From NCBI RefSeq assembly GCF_000143415.4, contig NW_003314296.1, positions 1,091,858 to 1,155,857 on the forward strand: a stretch of DNA of 64,000 nt, read 5' to 3'. The DNA is from Selaginella moellendorffii. Lineage: Eukaryota; Plantae; Lycopodiophyta. Within the stretch, counting starts at the first letter, position 1. Every line of letters begins with the position of its first letter. Of this stretch, positions 57,713 to 64,000 are shown piece after piece. The translations under genes were made by a program, and so were the position numbers. The notes under the pieces were generated by a model that worked only from the letters and a program-made list of their open reading frames with translations, was not told where the DNA came from and did no database searches.

Positions 57713-57847
57713 GTCAATCTCAGTCAGTTTAAAGTAGTCGAACTTTATAGAATTGCGAGTTTCATGTTTATAGTCAACGCAAAAAAAATCATACAGAACA
57801 TTGCGAGAACGGAAACAACCAAAGAGAACGCTGGATTCTCGCGATGA

Positions 57848-59508
<1,661 letters not shown>

Positions 59509-59610
59509 TCCAACAGATCATCCGCGCGACGATCGCTGGCGATTGATACCTGCGCGACGATGTCCCAGACCCTAGAAAAATTTCCCTCCTCCCCGGGAGA
59601 GGCGGAGCCA

Positions 59611-59668
59611 TTATATACCTATGCGAGCTATGGCGATTCATGTTGCATAGGAAGTCTCTAGAATATTC
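59611..59668 (-). promoter_or_regulatory. TATA box and heat shock element of the HSF gene
   Basis: TATATAA (59617-59611); GAAgtCTCtaGAAtaTTC (59651-59668). Confidence 0.7.
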
Positions 59669-62209
59669 TCGCACCCGCTAGAGCCCTAAGACAGTCGCCG
59701 GCCAGCTGGATGCAAATATCTCCCGACCGCGATACGTGGAAATATCTTGGCGGCACAGTTGCGCACGTGTCAAGATCTCAAACGTCCGTTACAGAAAAAA
59801 CCTAGCACAATAGCGGTATACATGCTTTTGGATGCCAATGGGCGGGTAGCACGGGAGGGAAGATATGGGAGTGACAGGTCTATGCATGCAAGTCTCCATT
59901 GATCGGCTCGCGCCATGACAGAGCTCAGCCGCCGGGTACGCAAGGTGTCTCTGTGTCTTGCAAACCATGGCTAAACTCAAGCAGCAAAAGAGCGTGTTTC
60001 CAGCAGCAGTGGAGGATCAGTAAGAACACACTTGGATCGCTTGGGTGGCAGGGATATACTTTAGGGGAGAAACTAAAATCTTTGATGGACGGGTTGACCC
60101 ATCCATTCTATGGACTAAAGTGGACTAAAGTGAAAGGAGAAAGTCAGAGAAAGAACGCATGAAGTTGAATGGGCATAATTATTTCAATGCAGTAAGAGTT
60201 TGAATGCTGAGTTACCCAGTGACTTCTAAGGTCGTCGTGAGATGTCTATGGGTTTTCGACGTTCCAGAATGCATCGCTTTGCGGTGAGGATGCCAGCTTT
60301 GGAGCTGGCAGCCATGTCTGAAGCCATGGCAATGTAATTTTGCGATTCAAGAATATTTTATTCAATGGAGTGTGAAAAAAGTTCCAAAGTGACTTCTAAA
60401 ATCGTTTCGTTTCGTTTCATTCTAGGTGGATTTTTCTTTTTTTTAATGTTAGAAAAACACTGCTACAGGACTCTTCTGTCCAGTTTGTTGTCAAGCCCCT
60501 GTCAAGCGTGGTCAAGGGACGCAATCCTTTTACTTTGGCTTTTCTGAGACTGATGTTAAGTAGCATGGCCCGCAATCAGAAGGACATCGTGCAAAACCGC
60601 TGCCTTCGTCGGGTGTTGTTTTCTTTTGTGCTCTACTGGCCGGTCTGTAAATCTCACGAAAACACAAACCAGTCGAGTTGATCATAACAACAGGAATGAT
60701 GGTGATCCTCAAGTTGGAGGTGGAATGTAGGAGATGTCTTAGCTTGAAGCAGATGGTGTTAGAGTTTCATTTGAAGTTGGCAACGGTGTGGTTCAAGGAT
60801 GGCCAGCAGCTCTTGGTGGAGGTGTGTTGTATTCACCAAGTCAAATGTGTTCTTTTGTGTTGAAGTAGAATTGGGAAGTCGAGGAGTGGTTCTGCAGCTC
60901 GCTGTTGGTTGTAAGCTATGCAATCTTGGACAAATTCGACAGTTTTGATCGCTTGAGCGCATAAGTAGCAAATTCGTCCCTCCCAAAGCACTTTGCATAT
61001 GTCCCAAGTGCCAAGCTCAGAGTGAAGATGGTGGTAGCCTGTTCTGTATTGTGCCAAAATTCTGCGATGTTTCCGTCCCATGGGTCAATAGTAATTGTCC
61101 GATCCTTGTTGACTGTGGTGGAACTTTTGATCTTGATCCGCACCTTGGAGCCACCATTCAAATGCTCATTCAAGCCAGTGTGCTGGGACATAGGCAATGT
61201 TTCATCAAGCAGAGTGTCAAGATCCATTCCACGATATGTTGTTCACAAGCAAAGTTTTTGCCACTACCCTTGTCCAGTTGTGTCTGCAAGGTCAATGGTA
61301 GCATAATTCTCTCGCATAATTCTTTGGCGCATCAGGTTCAGAAGGTATTGTATTGTGTTCATCTAGATCGGGAGCATACCAGATTCCAGATCATGATCGC
61401 AATGGCACCTTGTTGCAACCAAAAGATTTAGTTGCTCCATTTTCTTCCATACAGTTTGTCACGTGAACCTTTAGTTGAGGGAATTATATCTCAATTGCAA
61501 AAGAATATTTGCAACCCTAGACCAAGTCATGAGCTACCTCATAAATGCTACCTCCCTCATCAACCAGGAATCCTGTCTGACTCAACAAAAGACTTGTTTT
61601 CATTAATTCGTTCATTACAAGGTACCAATGAGACCCACGGATTATAGTAAGCTGTTTTGATGATCTGGTGAGCTGTTTTGCCACTTGCTGGTGCTCACCA
61701 AGCTCTTCATTGGTGCTGACATGTTTGTTCTTTCTCTTAAATAACGTTGTTCCTACAGATTGACGTTGCTGACTGCATGAGCAGTGCATGCAAGCTGGTG
61801 CTGCTGGCATCATGGCTACTAGAAGAAATAGTGTGTAGTGGTAGCAAGACATGATACTCCAATACTCTCACCAGTTGAGCAAAGGTGTATCACATTCTCC
61901 TTAAGAGCAGCATTGTTCCACAAAATATCAAAAGTCATCATTTGAAACTCAAATGCATAAGCCGATGCAATTTTAAAGCTTTGGCACAATGCCCTGCTCC
62001 AGAATATTCGACCACCCGCCTAAAGAATATCACTCTAATATTCTGTCCTACATTTGCGGGCCAGCGGACGGCTCCCGAGCGCGGTACGTGGACATATCTT
62101 GGCGGCATGGTTTCTTACAATTGGCTAGCACAAATAGTAGGTTAGCTATATAGAGTATATGATTGTTAAGCACAAAATACAAATAACCAAAAGAGAAAAC
62201 GCTAGAACG

Positions 62210-63142
62210 CTAGAAGAAGAGTTGGCTCCACACGGAGCTTTTGAGATTGGAGTAGAGGTTGTAGAGGGAGTACTGCTGGAGCTTGGCGACTTGGTACCAG
62301 GTGTTTAGAACAACGTTGTTCTTGTCAGTCCCAGAGAAGGTGACAGTGATCCCAATGCTGCAATCCACTCGGCCGCCGCGATGCCTGCAATGCGAGAGAC
62401 GAACGGCGCAGTCGCCGCTCTTGAGGCACACGAAATCGTCGCGGCCGTCGGAGCACGACTTGCAATCGTTGCCCTTCCAGAGCATGTTGATCAATCGGCC
62501 CTTGCGGAACTCGAGCACCTGGAAGAACGGGGAAAGAGGGGCGCGAGATGTTTATAAAGATCCTGTGTGATCTTGAAAGAGAAGCTCACCAGGGTGAAAC
62601 TTGTGACGATCTTCTCGTTGTCTCCGACGAAATGTGGCTTGGATCTGGCACCGAATCGGCTCCCCGCGTAGCTGACCATGTAGAGTTCGTTTCCATTGTC
62701 CTGAAAAGATCACCACGCAGTGAGAACAAACAAAGAACGGCGAGAAAACCAAGAACAATTTCACACGAAGTTCCCATTGATCTAGCCAGATCCGCAAGGA
62801 ATGCGAGCGACTTACAGCATTGAGGGTGCTGGTATCGTTGACAGTGAGCAAGCTGATCTCGTCGACCCTTGGCCGGAACGCCGCGATCCGGCCGCTGTAG
62901 AGATTGCTCAAGCGGCGATCGCAGGGCGAGAGCTGGGAGCGGCCGAGGAAGAAGGAGGAGTTGCTGCTAAACGCCAATCCAAACGTGAATCCATCCAGAA
63001 CCTGAACCCTAGTGTCGCCACACGGATTGAACACCGGATTCGTGTCCACGGCCGCATTGATCGATTCCAGCATCGCCATCGCCAGCGCTAGCGCCACAAC
63101 GAGGAACCTCGCCCCGCTCCTCCCCCATGGAAGAATCGCCAT
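62210..63142 (-). CDS. Conserved plant secreted protein of unknown function (Expp1-like), 3 exons
   Basis: Signal peptide; DTNPVFNPCGD..DGFTFGLAF, SPCDRRL, FRPRVDEISLLTVN, FSGTDK, QQYSLYNLYSNLK. Confidence 0.85.
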
Positions 63143-63448
63143 AAACACACACTCACTACAGCTGAGAATAGGGTTAAGACATTGATAAAGAATTAAACTT
63201 ACATATGTGCAAGAATATACTTTGGCATCCTCTTCATCCCATCCAAATCAATATCAATATCAATATATTGATATTCACATCAATATCAATCAATATCATC
63301 TCTAGAGCAGATAAATATATTAGGAATTTTATTAACTCAAATCTAGACCAGATTTATACAAATCACAATCACAAAGGTGGAAGACAAAATACAGGAGCAC
63401 CATTTTCATTTTTTATGAAATTATTCATTTCTCTTTGCGATGTCCTTA

Positions 63449-63681
63449 CTTGATCCTTTACTCCAGTATTACATGTTGTAACTAATACAGTATCATACAT
63501 TTCAGCACTACAAGAACTTAGAAAACCACCGCCAGACACTAAATCCCCTTCATGATTTCCATAAACTCTGTTGAGATCTAAATACTCGTCTTCAAAATCT
63601 GGCGGACACCTAACATGGACCCATTGCCTAAAGAAAGCAATTTCTTTGCAGGTGAATTTAAAATCTCGACACACCTCTCCC
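63449..63681 (-). other. Possible internal exon of an unidentified gene or TE extending beyond the window
   Basis: Open frame bounded by TTTTTTGGCAG and CAA|GTAAGG; no recognisable domain. Confidence 0.3.
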
Positions 63682-64000
63682 TGCCAAAAAAATAAAAATA
63701 AAAATAATTAATGCTAAAACAGAAAAATAATAACACTTACAGCAACATAATTATAATAGGTGAAAAGCGTCAATGCAAAAACTAATTTCAAAGCAGCATT
63801 CATACTTGTTACTATGCTATTATGCTAATGGCAACATAACCAATATTATTTATCACAACTCAGTAAGAACAAAGAAAGTGGGCTTGAACTATGCTTCTTA
63901 AGCAAAGTGGCCTTTAACTATGCTTCGTTTTTAAAAAGAAAAAATAAAGAAAGTTAATGTACACAAACCACCAAAATGGAACATAAAAATTGATGCCTAT

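Overview
Gene-dense eukaryotic plant DNA with very short (~50-90 nt) introns and PLS-type PPR genes. The best inference is a lycophyte (Selaginella-like); the sequence alone does not prove this. The first 28 kb form a decayed ~26-kb palindrome: near-identical inverted arms 2059-7125 and 22814-27920, plus older mirrored remnants inside, with reciprocal gene loss between the two halves. This region carries SAM-methyltransferases, F-box genes preceded by tRNA-Ile(AAT), an RluD-type pseudouridine synthase, a P-class PPR, an APH-like kinase and a stand-alone RNase HI. From 29.9 to 33.8 kb lies the intact parent block (Copia gag fragment, methyltransferase, Tim10, SDR) of the collapsed pseudogene modules. 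Next come a TPR-SET gene with a tandem pseudogene, a secreted FAD-linked oxidoreductase, a PLS-E PPR, cactin, an OVATE protein, an Arg-rich H1-derived protein, an ABCB transporter, a tonoplast sugar transporter, a RING-CH protein, a class A HSF and an Expp1-like gene. Most notable: (i) intronless genes with fungal/microbial-type signatures, two of them adjacent and each preceded by a W-box cluster (candidate horizontally acquired defence module); (ii) tRNA-Ile genes 43-94 nt upstream of co-directional ORFs; (iii) a 54-bp fully paired, G:U-containing hairpin (MIRNA candidate); (iv) a protamine-like H1 derivative. Family assignments rest on motif recognition, not database searches.
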